DNA of 64,000 nt from an uncultured Fibrobacteria bacterium (GCA_963716395.1 OY970309.1:2304001-2368000); one strand, 5' to 3'. Shown: positions 52,587-64,000, counted from the first letter of the stretch. Notes: generated by a model not told the origin, from the letters alone. Program-made: numbers and translations.

Positions 52587-54215
52587 TTAAAATCCCGAGA
52601 TGAATTCGAACAGGAAGGCATCGCCATTCGCGCCGGATCCGTTTTCATTGATGACTTCATAGGCCCCTTTGGCGACCACGCATTCCGTGAGCCAATAGTC
52701 CAACCCGCCGGTGACGCGCCATTCGTCGTAGCCGATGGTCGGTATCTGCTTTTGATTCAGCCGGTCGTAGCGAGCCACGGCTTCCAGGTTTTTAACAATC
52801 GGCACGGGAACTTGCGCCGGCCGATAAGAAATCTGGGCGTAGCCTCCGTTCCGGGCATTGTCGAAGTTCACGGCATCGGGCCCCGGGTTGTAGGTCATGG
52901 GATCGACCTTGGACCAAACCCATTGTCCCCGCACATTGAGGTTTCCCCACGCCGATGATTGCTGCACGAAATTCACGTCTACGGATTGCAGCATGGCGTT
53001 CACGTCATTACCGGCCGGCGCGACGCCGGAGTATTGAAATCCATAACCCACCTCGAATTGGGGGATGGGGATAAACCCGGCATGGCCACCCAGTGCCATG
53101 TTGTTGTTGATGTTGTCGTTATTGTCGTATTCCAGATCGCCGTAGGCGGTGGAATCGTCGGTGATCAAACTCGGAGCGTTGACGTTGAACACCGAGTATT
53201 CGAAGCGCGTGGAGCCGAGCGGAATTCCCCCGCGGATTTGCACGCCCAATTCCGACTCCGGCAATAAACCGTCGTACACGGCCAGGGGTTTATCCGGCAG
53301 GCGGTTCACCCAGCCCATGTGTTGGCGTTCCACGAAAAAATTCATGGGGTTCAAAAACCGTCCCACGCCGACGCTCATGTAATCGTTCAGCAGGTAAGAA
53401 GCCTGCGCCACTTCCAGGTTCAGCGTGGTGTAGTTTCCCTCCAACTCCAATTCAATTTCGCCTTCAAAGAACAGCCGGTCGCTCAGCTTCCATAGAAACA
53501 AGGGGTTGAAGGCAGCGGTATACGCGTTGTTAAAGGCCCCGTTTCCCTCCTGCGTCGAGGAGAAGGCCGCGGTTCCGTATCCGACGATCAGCATCTTGAC
53601 CGCCCCGGGAAACGCATCTTTGGCCATGAGCTCGGTTTCCAGGGCTTGTTGCTGCAAATCCTGCAGGGACTGCTTGAGATCCTGAATGTCCGCGGCATTA
53701 GTCGCGGTTTGTTTGGACGCCGGGGCGCTTTCGCTTTCGGCCGGGGTATTCGCGGCGACGGTTTGATTTGACACCACGCCGGCCGGCTTGGGAGCCAAGG
53801 TGCGGAGATAATGCACGATGGTCCAACGTTGCTTCTCGGACAAAGTCGGCCGGAAGGAAGGCATGGGGGAATTCCCCTCGGTGATTTTCCAGAACAGGGC
53901 GCCGTCGCTTTGTTGCCACATGTTCGAATCCGAGAGCACCGCCGGATGCCGGGGTAAGGCCATGGCGGCGGGACCATCCCCATTCCCCTGGGATCCATGG
54001 CAAACCACGCAGTTTTGGGAATAAATCTTTTTCCCTGCGGCGATGGAATTGGAGTCGTCGGGTACCGGATTGATGCTATGGGAGGCGGAAGCAGGAGCCG
54101 TCCATGTGCTCATCCCGTTGGCTTGGACATTGGTTTGCGCCACACCATTCGTGGCCAGGGTGAATGCGCAGGCCGTCGCGGCCGCCACCCTGAAATGAGG
54201 TTTACCGATCTTCAT
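52587..54215 (-). CDS. Class I cytochrome c domain fused through a coiled coil to an outer membrane beta-barrel
   Basis: Signal peptide; NP...GKKIYSQNCVVCHG..G.GDG...SDGALFWKITEG..PMPSF..LSE.QRW.IV.YLR; coil IQDLKQSLQDLQQQ; barrel FNPLFLW...FEGEIE...GVGRF...ARYD...LDYW...FEFISGF with terminal Phe. Confidence 0.85.
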   Translation of the reverse strand: MKIGKPHFRVAAATACAFTLATNGVAQTNVQANGMSTWTAPASASHSINPVPDDSNSIAAGKKIYSQNCVVCHGSQGNGDGPAAMALPRHPAVLSDSNMWQQSDGALFWKITEGNSPMPSFRPTLSEKQRWTIVHYLRTLAPKPAGVVSNQTVAANTPAESESAPASKQTATNAADIQDLKQSLQDLQQQALETELMAKDAFPGAVKMLIVGYGTAAFSSTQEGNGAFNNAYTAAFNPLFLWKLSDRLFFEGEIELELEGNYTTLNLEVAQASYLLNDYMSVGVGRFLNPMNFFVERQHMGWVNRLPDKPLAVYDGLLPESELGVQIRGGIPLGSTRFEYSVFNVNAPSLITDDSTAYGDLEYDNNDNINNNMALGGHAGFIPIPQFEVGYGFQYSGVAPAGNDVNAMLQSVDVNFVQQSSAWGNLNVRGQWVWSKVDPMTYNPGPDAVNFDNARNGGYAQISYRPAQVPVPIVKNLEAVARYDRLNQKQIPTIGYDEWRVTGGLDYWLTECVVAKGAYEVINENGSGANGDAFLFEFISGF

Positions 54216-54275
54216 GTTGAATCCTTTCCGAAGAGCTTGATGCGGATCGACGCATCGACCCGCATGAGATGAGCG

Positions 54276-54291
54276 AGCGAATGCGATACCA
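54276..54291 (-). promoter_or_regulatory. Candidate sigma54 promoter of the cytochrome-porin fusion
   Basis: Minus strand TGGTATCGCATTCGCT (GG-N10-GC), 60 nt before ATG54215. Confidence 0.45.
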
Positions 54292-54708
54292 GATTGAAAT
54301 CGGGCGAGAAAAATTTTGGGCCGGGGAAAAAATGCCGAATGAGGATGAAAAAACCGGAATGGCGGAAAGGCAAACGAAGTGAACTATTGGCGATTCAGAA
54401 AATTATCTGGCATTTAGACAACATGAAGTGCCAAAACGGCGAATCGATATCCCGACTTTACCGGTATCAGTCCGAAATTCCATGTAGTTTGGCCACCGTA
54501 AAGGTCCGCCAACTTGTGATGGATGAGGGATCTCGTTAGCGCGGGGCGGGTTGGACTCGGCATTTTGGCAGAGCGCGAAGTGTTCCGGGTCGGGAATCGT
54601 GCCAGTTAGTTGTGAAAAGAAATGGCCGCTTCCGATTGTGACGCACCTGCGGCGGACGGTAGCAGCCCCGTTGCGAACGAAGTCGCGTCGTGATCCAGAT
54701 GCGAAATT

Positions 54709-54975
54709 TCAGAGCCCGACGGTGACACCGATATTGAACGTGCCGTTCTTTATCACCAGATCCTGCGTGGCCACTTCGGTGGAATCGGGTTTCAATACGG
54801 CGGAGAAGGTGCCTTGGACGCGCGTGGCGGAAAAAGCGGTGATGACGATGGTTCCGGTGTCCGGTGCGGTGCCATTCCAACAACATTGGCCCGTGGAACT
54901 GTTGTTGAGCCCGCCGGTGAGCAGGCGCGCGGGTGACTTGTTGGTAAGGGTGTAGGTGCCCGTTCCCGCAACACG
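54709..54975 (-). pseudogene. Orphan C-terminal fragment of a secreted beta-rich (DUF6252-like) protein
   Basis: GTGTYTL...GTIVIT....RVQGTFS...VIKNGTFNI; no plausible start or signal peptide. Confidence 0.45.
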
Positions 54976-55064
54976 CTTGCCACCGCTTCGCTGCGGATGG
55001 CTGCAAGAGCGAAAAGACTTTGGCTGCAACGATGCGGAATCAGGATGAAACGCAAAGGGGTGCG

Positions 55065-56354
55065 CTAAGGACTTGCCCCCAAAGGAATCGCCCGCAGGAG
55101 ATACCTTCCGTCGGGCAGGTCGAAATCCTTGCCGAGGGAAACGGTTTGACCCTCCGGAAAAAGTCTGCGCAGCGGCCGACCCATCAGGTCGAAGATTTGG
55201 ATTTCTGGCCTGGTCTCTGGAGGCCAGGCGTGAAAATCGATTTGATCCTGCGCGGTCACAACCCACGCCGAATTCGGACCGGAGGCATTGCGGGCGGCGC
55301 CGATGCGATGGGGATTTTGAATCGCCACGGGCGTCAAAGTGTCCCATTGCATCACCTTCATCACCGTCGCTATGAGGGAGTCGGCGATGATGCGGTGCTG
55401 CGCCTGGTTTGGATGCGAATACAGCGCCAAGGCATTGGTGAGCGTGATGGGGCTGGAAAAAGTGGAAATGTTTGAAAATGACTGCGCCACGGTCTGCACA
55501 TCGGTGAGGATTCTGCCCGCCAGCCCAATCAAGATGATCGGTGCGTTCGTATAATGGTTGCGCACCGTGTTGATGAAGCCTGTATAGGTGGTGATGAAAT
55601 CGGCATCCGACACCCCATTATTGAAATCGTTGATCCCCAGGAAAATGCAAACCACGTCGGGAGTCCACGAGGAGAAATTCCAGTCGCCCGCCGCGTCGCA
55701 AACGGTTTGCGGATAGCGCGCCGGCATGTTGGGATCGCCGGAATTGCTTGTCACCAGGCCGCAGCCTCCGCGCGCGACGAGAATGTCCTGGGCATGAAAA
55801 GCCAGGCTGGTCAGCCGCGCGTAAGTCAGCGAGGCGTTGAAGGTGCTCAGGGAATAGGGCGACGAAGCGGTGGTACCGATCACATCCCCGGCCGTCCAGG
55901 AATCGCCGATGAACTCCATTTTGCGGGTCGGCCGCGTGGGTTTGGCGGCCAGCGTATCGCCGTCGGCGAGATAAAATCCGCCGAAGGAACTGGTCGTCCC
56001 ATTCGTGCGCAAAATGAGGCGGATGGTATGGGTGGTCGTGGTGGAGAGGTTGGTCCGGATGGTCCGATGCGTCGTCGCGGAGGGGCTTAAGGAATCAACC
56101 AATACGCCGTCGATTTCTACGTTGAAGTAGCTGCCGCCGTCGGTGATTTCCGCCCCTATCGAAGGTCCCGAAAAGCGGGCTTCGATAATGCTGCCGGGCC
56201 AGTTGAATTTTACCGCCGTAGCGGAGTTGGAAAAATCAAAGCGCCCGTAATAATTGATATTCGGGTCATTGGGTTTGATCAAGGCTTCGGCGTGAAGAAG
56301 ACCCGATGACAACAAGAGCGAACATGTGATGGACCCAATCGAAAAACGTTGCAT
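55065..56354 (-). CDS. SGNH/GDSL carbohydrate esterase (CE2-like) with C-terminal sorting-like domain
   Basis: Signal peptide, INYYGRF..FNWPGS, RKMEFIGDSWTAG, LGINDF, HPN; tail IFDLMGR...LPDGRYLLR. Confidence 0.82.
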   Translation of the reverse strand: MQRFSIGSITCSLLLSSGLLHAEALIKPNDPNINYYGRFDFSNSATAVKFNWPGSIIEARFSGPSIGAEITDGGSYFNVEIDGVLVDSLSPSATTHRTIRTNLSTTTTHTIRLILRTNGTTSSFGGFYLADGDTLAAKPTRPTRKMEFIGDSWTAGDVIGTTASSPYSLSTFNASLTYARLTSLAFHAQDILVARGGCGLVTSNSGDPNMPARYPQTVCDAAGDWNFSSWTPDVVCIFLGINDFNNGVSDADFITTYTGFINTVRNHYTNAPIILIGLAGRILTDVQTVAQSFSNISTFSSPITLTNALALYSHPNQAQHRIIADSLIATVMKVMQWDTLTPVAIQNPHRIGAARNASGPNSAWVVTAQDQIDFHAWPPETRPEIQIFDLMGRPLRRLFPEGQTVSLGKDFDLPDGRYLLRAIPLGASP

Positions 56355-56623
56355 GCTTCCTTTCTCCACCTCCGGCGGTCGCGGCTTAGGAGGCGATGGC
56401 GAGAATCTAAGGTAGGGCGTGAGTCGGGTATGGGTTTGGGAAATATCGACCCGTCGATTCCCAAATCCTTGGCGCCCGGATGGAAATAGGCTCGCGAAAT
56501 ACCGGTACACGAAATTCAATGCGCGCCCAATTTTTCTCAATCTACGCTTTTATTTGTGAATAAAGTATGAGAACGCAGTGGGTTTTCAGCGACCTGGCCA
56601 GTATGGATGCATGGGAGGCGCGA

Positions 56624-58741
56624 ATGCGCGTGTGGACGTTCGTTTTTTTGTTCCTGGTGGGGTTGCCGGTAACCTCCGTGGCGGATACGCAGATTCAGAT
56701 CAACGGGCAGGGAACGGGCCGGGTGTTCGACGGCATCGGCGCCTGCAGCGGAGGAGGAGGCAATTCACGCCTGCTCATCGATTACCCGGAACCGCAGCGA
56801 ACGGAAATCCTGAATTACCTCTTTAAGCCCGATTTCGGCGCGTCTTTGCAAATGTTCAAGGTGGAAATCGGCGGCGACGGGAATTCCACCGACGGTTCCG
56901 AACCCAGCGCTGAGCCGGTGAAAGGCGATACGGATTACCATCGCGGGTACGAGTGGTGGCTCATGGCCCAAGCCAGGGCTCGCGATTCCAGCATCAGGTT
57001 ATGCGGGTTGGCCTGGGGCGCGCCCGGCTGGATCGGCAACGGAAATTTCTGGAGCCAGGACAATATCGACTTCCGGATCGGGTGGATCGAGCATGCCAAG
57101 TCCGATTACGGGCTCACCATCGATTACATGGGCGGATGGAACGAAGTGGGGTCTGGCAATCGGGGATACAACAAATCCGCCACGGCCACCTGGTACATCA
57201 ATTTAAAAGCGGCCTTGGTCGCGCAAGGATTAACGACCAAGCTCGTCGCCTTCGACGACAACAGTTGGGACAACCTCCCCGATATCCTTGGGAATACCAG
57301 TCTCTTGAACGCCATCGACGTAATCGGCGAGCATTACCCGAGCAACGGCACGAGCCCGGCTACGGCGCAACAATCGGGGAAAACCCTTTGGGCCAGCGAA
57401 TGGGGCAGCCTCAATTACAACTCCGGCGCGGGACAAACCGCCCAGGAAATCAACCAGACTTACATCAACGGCAAGATGACCTCGTACATTTTTTGGCCGC
57501 TTATCTGCGCGGTATACTCCGGCATGCCGTACGACGGCAACGGGTTGATGGTGGCGCAAACGCCCTGGTCCGGTTATTACCAAGTGGGGAAAGAGGTCTG
57601 GGTTTTCGCCCACACCACCCAATTCACCCAGCCGGGTTGGCAATACCTCGACAATGCCTGCGGCTTTTTGGGCGGCAGCAGTAACAATGGCAGTTACGTA
57701 ACCCTGAAGTCACCTTCCGGGGGCGATTACAGCATCATCGTGGAAACGGTCTCCGCCGGCGGGGATCAATCCTTCACGTTCACGCCCTCGTCCGATTTGA
57801 AAACCGGTCCCGTGCATGTGTGGCGCACCGATCTCGGTTCCAATAATTCCGCGGATTATTTCGCCCAGCAAACCGATTTGATGGCGGCGAACGGCGCGTA
57901 TACCTTGACCTTGAATAAAAACTGTCTCTACACCTTCACCACCACCACGGGCCAGGCGAAAGGCTCAACGACGCCGCCCGCGGACCATGCCATGGCCATT
58001 CCCTATTACGACAATTTCGAGGAGTCCACCCCAAACGAGGAGGCCCCTTTATTTTCCGACATGAACGGGGCGTTCATCCTTGACACCTGCTCGGGCGGTC
58101 GCGCCGGGCAATGCCTGGCCCAAACCGTGCCGGCCCAGCCCATCCTGTGGAACGCGCCCCCGAATAATTTTTCCGGGGTCATCTCCATCGCCGGCGACCG
58201 CGGATGGACCAACTATCAAGTGCAATGCGACGTGCTGCTGCAACAAGCGGGAGCCGCGCAAATCCTGGGACGCATGGGCAACCTCGGGTCGCAAACCACG
58301 GTGCCGGGGTATTTCCTGGAGATTTCCAGCACCGGGAGTTGGCGCTTATTCAACCGCAACTCCAGCAAGAACGAGTCGAGTCTGGCCTCCGGCAGCAAGT
58401 CCTTCCCGGTCGGGTCGTGGCACACTCTGAAAATGGTATTTCAAGGCCAGAGCATTCAAGGATGGATCGACGGAACCCAAGTGGCGTCGGTGACCGACGG
58501 CTCCTATTCCACGGGCAATGCGGGCGTGGGTACAAACGGTTGGAATTTGGCCCAATTCGACAATTTCAGTATCACGGCTCCCGGCACGAATGTGGTGGGA
58601 GTCACCTCCCCGGCGCAACGTAACCGCGCCGTTATGGGTCCTCTCCCGGATGCGCCGGTATGGCTCACCCCGGTCATCGGCCCCGAGGGCAAGCGGGTCG
58701 ACGCGCTGGGTAAAGAGTATCGGAATCTTCCGGCAAAGTGA
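56624..58741 (+). CDS. Glycoside hydrolase family 59 (galactocerebrosidase-like) with C-terminal lectin domain
   Basis: GGAGG RBS; FDGIGACSGGGGNSRLLIDYPEP, KVEIGGD.NSTDGSEPS, RGYEWWLM, GWNE, LWASE, AHTTQFTQPGW. Confidence 0.9.
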   Translation: MRVWTFVFLFLVGLPVTSVADTQIQINGQGTGRVFDGIGACSGGGGNSRLLIDYPEPQRTEILNYLFKPDFGASLQMFKVEIGGDGNSTDGSEPSAEPVKGDTDYHRGYEWWLMAQARARDSSIRLCGLAWGAPGWIGNGNFWSQDNIDFRIGWIEHAKSDYGLTIDYMGGWNEVGSGNRGYNKSATATWYINLKAALVAQGLTTKLVAFDDNSWDNLPDILGNTSLLNAIDVIGEHYPSNGTSPATAQQSGKTLWASEWGSLNYNSGAGQTAQEINQTYINGKMTSYIFWPLICAVYSGMPYDGNGLMVAQTPWSGYYQVGKEVWVFAHTTQFTQPGWQYLDNACGFLGGSSNNGSYVTLKSPSGGDYSIIVETVSAGGDQSFTFTPSSDLKTGPVHVWRTDLGSNNSADYFAQQTDLMAANGAYTLTLNKNCLYTFTTTTGQAKGSTTPPADHAMAIPYYDNFEESTPNEEAPLFSDMNGAFILDTCSGGRAGQCLAQTVPAQPILWNAPPNNFSGVISIAGDRGWTNYQVQCDVLLQQAGAAQILGRMGNLGSQTTVPGYFLEISSTGSWRLFNRNSSKNESSLASGSKSFPVGSWHTLKMVFQGQSIQGWIDGTQVASVTDGSYSTGNAGVGTNGWNLAQFDNFSITAPGTNVVGVTSPAQRNRAVMGPLPDAPVWLTPVIGPEGKRVDALGKEYRNLPAK

Positions 58742-58973
58742 ATTTTGTGGTTGCGGCCGTCCCATCACATTGAAAAACAACTCCGCCGATCGAGGGCCGC
58801 GCTGGATGGGACGTTCGATCTAAACGGAAATTGAAACCGGCGCGGGGCGTTGCTGTACTGAGGCGAGTTCGGGAAAGCGTTCCGGACTCGCGTTGGGATC
58901 TATAACTCCGAAATCACGCAGACTCTGGTGGGGAGAAAATAGGTGTCCTGGAAAATCCCTTCGCAGACCAGAA

Positions 58974-59010
58974 CGAAAAAAACCTCGCCGGAGTGGTGAG
59001 GTTTTTTTCG
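58974..59010. terminator. Bidirectional Rho-independent terminator
   Basis: CGAAAAAAACCTCGCC-GGAGT-GGTGAGGTTTTTTTCG between convergent genes. Confidence 0.85.
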
Positions 59011-59023
59011 GAGTGATTTAACG

Positions 59024-59668
59024 TTAGGCCTTGCGGGTTTTACGCCAACGGGCCGCGCCAGCTAACCCGATCATCCCCATTCCGAACAGCGCCAGGGTGC
59101 CCGGTTCGGGAACCGCTGCGGGAGACGTATCTGAAATGTCGGTGAGGGTGAAGGTTCCTAACCATTTTGACCCATTGGAAGTGTAATCTTGAGCATACCC
59201 CTCACCAGTATAAGTTTGACCTACACTAAAAGAAGTGTACCCACTGCTGACGTTAGTGATCTCCACATAGTTGTAAAAGGTGCTTTGATCAGTGGGCGAG
59301 ACAACAAATATGTAACCTTGCTCACCGTAATACGCCGGATCCACTTCAAATCCATAACTATAATCATAATTAATCACATTTCCTGCGCCCCCTGTAAAGG
59401 TTGGGCTGGAAACGTAATCCGCTTGAAAATAGTTGTAATACCCAGGTTGATTGTAGGAACTCATATCAACGTTAGTCCCATTAACGATTTTGTGCCCTGG
59501 GGCGGCTAAATCCGCCATGATGACAATGGTCGCAGCGCCGGCACTCGGAGAGGTTATGGTGGAAGAAGAATTACTGGAGGTAATGTCGCCCTCGAAGGTA
59601 AGGTAAACCGGAGTGGCATAGGCCGAAAGCGCTAAGCCCAGCATTGTGGGTAGAATGGATTTTTTCAA
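59024..59668 (-). CDS. PEP-CTERM exosortase-target surface protein
   Basis: Signal peptide, S/T/Y-rich domain, VPEPGTLALFGMGMIGLAGAARWRK; TTG start with AAGGA RBS. Confidence 0.92.
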   Translation of the reverse strand: MKKSILPTMLGLALSAYATPVYLTFEGDITSSNSSSTITSPSAGAATIVIMADLAAPGHKIVNGTNVDMSSYNQPGYYNYFQADYVSSPTFTGGAGNVINYDYSYGFEVDPAYYGEQGYIFVVSPTDQSTFYNYVEITNVSSGYTSFSVGQTYTGEGYAQDYTSNGSKWLGTFTLTDISDTSPAAVPEPGTLALFGMGMIGLAGAARWRKTRKA

Positions 59669-59707
59669 AAGTGATCCTTTTTGGTTTTGGGTGACGGCTG
59701 GGCGTTA

Positions 59708-59788
59708 AGAAAACTTAATGCCAGCAAATATTGCGTAAATCTTCGAAATTATGCCGGGTAATTTCTTTACTATGTAAAGTTTTCCGAA
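59708..59788 (-). promoter_or_regulatory. Candidate sigma54 promoter and PrsR enhancer of the PEP-CTERM gene
   Basis: Minus strand TGGCATTAAGTTTTCT (59708-59723; -12 is TTTC rather than TTGC) and a TTTACA-containing site TCGGAAAACTTTACA (59773-59787). Confidence 0.5.
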
Positions 59789-59936
59789 TTTCGCCGAAAT
59801 TTGTTACAAATCTCATAATCCATTATTGGGCTTTATCGCCCGGCGGATGAAGAGCGGTTGCATGAGGCCTGCGCGGAATGACCCGTGGATTTGGCCGCGA
59901 TCAAAAACGTCCCCGGAAACTTCCTAACCAAACTCC

Positions 59937-61337
<1,401 letters not shown>

Positions 61338-61414
61338 GGATGCCAAAGATAGTCGGGGGAGAAAAAGGGTGGGCCGGTGGGATTCTTCAGGGTGGGATCG
61401 GAAAGGTCATGGGA

Positions 61415-63604
61415 TCAATTCGGATTTTTTCCTCCGCCCAGCAAAATGCAGAACTCCGTTCCCTTCCCTAATACCGAATGGACCAGAATTTTTCCACCCA
61501 TCTGCTCGACCAGAGTCTTGCATTGATATAAGCCGATTCCCACACCCTTCTCTTTCGTGGTCGCAAAGGGCTGAAACAGGCGCCGGCGCACGAAATCGGG
61601 ATCCATGCCCGCGCCTTCATCCTCCACCAGAATCCAGGCTGCGTAGCCGGCGAAGCGTTCGCCCCCGCCGAAAAGATCGGCCAGACGTTGGGGCGCCTCC
61701 GGGTCCAGATACCCGAAGGAAAGGCGCAATCGGCCCCGGGGTCCAGGTTCGCCGCTCCGGCGCAGGGCTTCCAACGAATTGTTGATCAAGTTGCGGATCA
61801 CGAAAAAGAGGGCCTGTCTATCCATGGGGATGCCCGCGGACCCTTGCCCTTCCAGGGCGAAATCCAGTTGGGGCAAAGAAGCCAGGCCGGAATTCTGCAC
61901 GACTTCCAGCAGCAGAGGCCGCAGGGGAGCCCGCGCCATCTTCACCTCCTGGGCCTGGGGCGCCACGGCCAGGCGGTCGATGAGGCCTTGCAGGTTGCCG
62001 GCGCTGCTTTTCACCGAAGCCAGCATGCTGGCCTGGAAGTCGGGATTGCCGAGATTCTTCTCCGCGTTCTTGAGCAGGAGATTCAGGGTCGCGATTTGAT
62101 TCTTGATATCGTGGATGATGAAGGAAGCCACGTGATGGAAGGCGTCGAATTGTTTGCGCTCGATGCGCTCCTGGAGCACGCGGTTTTTAAACAGCGCATC
62201 GCCGATGGAATTTGTGAACACGGATATCAGATCCAGGTCTTCAGGATCGAAGGGCCGCGAGCGGCCCCCTTGCGTGGCCAAGATCCCCGCCAGGCGTTCC
62301 CCGATGAAGACGGGAAAGATCGCGTCCAGCCGCAGGCGCTCCACCAGCGGCTCCTGTTTCGCCAGCTCCAGGCGATCGGTGTTGGCCCCGTCTGTGGCCA
62401 AAAAGTCCACCGGCTCGGCCTCGCGATCCAGCAGGCGCGCCAACGGGCCGTCGCCGCGAATGGAAAGCCCGCGCGCCGTCGCCTCCTCCTTGTTCTCGTG
62501 CTGGTAGAAATGCCCGTCTTGCCAGTTGAGGATGAAGACGAAGGCGTCTTCCACGGTGACGGAGTACTTCATGTTCTCCACCAATTCCGTCAAGGCTGAG
62601 TCGATGTCGGCGCCGCTCATCATGGTCTTATGCAGACGGAAGAACTGCTCCTGGTAATCATATTTGCGGGAATAGATCTGCCGGTTCACCCAGCGGGCGA
62701 TCCGGCGGCGCATGCTGCCCGCCCCCAGCAACAGCACTGCCAAAAAGCAGAGGGAGAAGGCGAACAGAAAAAGTTCGAAGTAGTTGAAATCCAAATCCAG
62801 CCACTGGAATGCGAAAATGGTCAGCGCCACCCCGAGAAAGGCCGACCCGGTGAGAAAGACGGTGGCGGAGGTATAGACGGTTTCGCGCGGCACCATGATG
62901 CGCTCCGAGCCCAGCCGGTAGCGAAGAAAGCCGGCCAAGACCACCGGAAAGGCCATTCCGTACACCACCGAAGAGGCTGCGGCGAAATGCTCGGGCAGAA
63001 GGCGGTAGAGCAGCACGCGGGCAAAAAAGATGATGTGGAATGCCGAGAGGCTTCCGAGGCCGATGAAGCCGAGGCGGGCGATCCGGCGCTGATAGATGTG
63101 GGCGAACCGGTAGGTGTTTTCCAGCAGATAGAGCACATAGACGGAGATGAGCATGCGCAGAATCGGCACGAGCAGGGAGAATCCGCCGAAGATCACGGTC
63201 GGCACCCCCTGGCTCAACGCGGGGATAAGCTGGCCCGGCATCCAGACGACGGCTTCGCCAACGGCCGTGCCCAGCACCGCCAAGGAAAACAGGGAAATAT
63301 GTCGGTGGCCCCACTTCCAGATCTCATCGGCTTCGGCGCCGTCGCGCAGGAAATGCCGCGTCAGCTCCAGGATGCCCAGGCCGATCAGCAGACCCAGACC
63401 CTGCAAGATTCGCTCGAGTCCAAACCATAGCCGCGGCGATCCGGCGAACTCGGAGGCATAGGCGATCCACAGATGGGCGATGAATAAGGCGCTCAGCCCC
63501 AGCAACGCCAGCCGCTGACGCATCCGGTACAACTTGAACTGAACTAAAACACCCAGGGAAAAGATCAACCCCGTGGTGACGATCAGGAAAGCCAGGAGGA
63601 ACAT
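61415..63604 (-). CDS. prsK: PEP-CTERM-system histidine kinase
   Basis: Multi-TM N-terminus with LENTYR, RKYDYQE, GAF domain, QFDAF...SFIIHDIKN, NAEK...NPDFQ, RLFQPFATTK..G.GIGLYQ. Confidence 0.88.
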   Translation of the reverse strand: MFLLAFLIVTTGLIFSLGVLVQFKLYRMRQRLALLGLSALFIAHLWIAYASEFAGSPRLWFGLERILQGLGLLIGLGILELTRHFLRDGAEADEIWKWGHRHISLFSLAVLGTAVGEAVVWMPGQLIPALSQGVPTVIFGGFSLLVPILRMLISVYVLYLLENTYRFAHIYQRRIARLGFIGLGSLSAFHIIFFARVLLYRLLPEHFAAASSVVYGMAFPVVLAGFLRYRLGSERIMVPRETVYTSATVFLTGSAFLGVALTIFAFQWLDLDFNYFELFLFAFSLCFLAVLLLGAGSMRRRIARWVNRQIYSRKYDYQEQFFRLHKTMMSGADIDSALTELVENMKYSVTVEDAFVFILNWQDGHFYQHENKEEATARGLSIRGDGPLARLLDREAEPVDFLATDGANTDRLELAKQEPLVERLRLDAIFPVFIGERLAGILATQGGRSRPFDPEDLDLISVFTNSIGDALFKNRVLQERIERKQFDAFHHVASFIIHDIKNQIATLNLLLKNAEKNLGNPDFQASMLASVKSSAGNLQGLIDRLAVAPQAQEVKMARAPLRPLLLEVVQNSGLASLPQLDFALEGQGSAGIPMDRQALFFVIRNLINNSLEALRRSGEPGPRGRLRLSFGYLDPEAPQRLADLFGGGERFAGYAAWILVEDEGAGMDPDFVRRRLFQPFATTKEKGVGIGLYQCKTLVEQMGGKILVHSVLGKGTEFCILLGGGKNPN

Positions 63605-64000
63605 GCGGAGTCAGATCGCGCCCGGTTTGCCGGAGCCGAACAGGGCGGAATAAGAGTAAGCGCGCATGGAATGAAGACGGCGATCGAACGGGGGATGCTT
63701 CACCCGTTAAGGGTACCACATGCGCGCGCAGCGCGTTCCAAAACGGATGGGGAAGCCGGGCGCCGCGGCACCGGCATCGCTTTGGGGATGGGTAAAGATC
63801 GAAGGCATGGCTCCCGCGAGACTAGAAAATGCATCCGGCCGGGGATGGGATCAAATCCGAATTCCTTCGCGGCGATGGAAGCCCGAATGCTCCAGCGGTT
63901 CGGAAATCATCGGGGACCGATTGGGCATGATTCGATGGCTTGAAATGGTACAAATGCTAGCTTAGAATGCAGTATTCCAGCACCGGTCCGATTCGTGAAA

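Noticed and set aside
52587-54215. Calling the fusion cyc2
   Set aside because: It lacks the AxPxFAR-x-CxxCH N-terminal signature; the heme sits in a full class I domain.
63660-64000. ORFs upstream of prsK
   Set aside because: No recognisable coding signal; likely intergenic or promoter DNA.

Overview
GC-rich bacterial window. The C-terminal sorting domains, a PorV-like gene and PEP-CTERM/PrsKR suggest an FCB-group organism, possibly Fibrobacterota, but this is inference only. (1) 0.3-22.6 kb: hemW, secreted enzymes with T9SS-like tails, a two-component system with a frameshifted kinase, a TolC-MFP-RND operon, and a partly decayed AT-richer accessory tract (IS21-like end, pseudogenes, YXWGXW/DUF2092/DUF6515 genes) ending at tRNA-Lys(UUU). 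(2) 23.7-54.3 kb, the main finding: a large anaerobic electron-transfer locus. A leftward operon encodes monoheme cyt c, a pentaheme cytochrome, a Tat-lipoprotein molybdopterin-oxidoreductase-like subunit with degenerate FS0 and Mo-ligand motifs, a 4x[4Fe-4S] subunit, NrfD (Qrc-like order), a sensor kinase, a sigma54 activator and a divergent H+-PPase. It sits back-to-back with a sigma54-promoter operon encoding a beta-barrel plus 9-, 5- and 6-heme cytochromes. System II cytochrome c maturation genes, a MOSC protein, PFOR, yhcC, nnrS and hemN follow, then a class I cytochrome c fused to a porin (Cyc2-like in design but lacking the Cyc2 motif) with a partner monoheme lipoprotein. (3) 55-64 kb: CE2 esterase, GH59, a PEP-CTERM protein, prsR and prsK. 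All family calls come from motif recognition by eye; no database searches were run.
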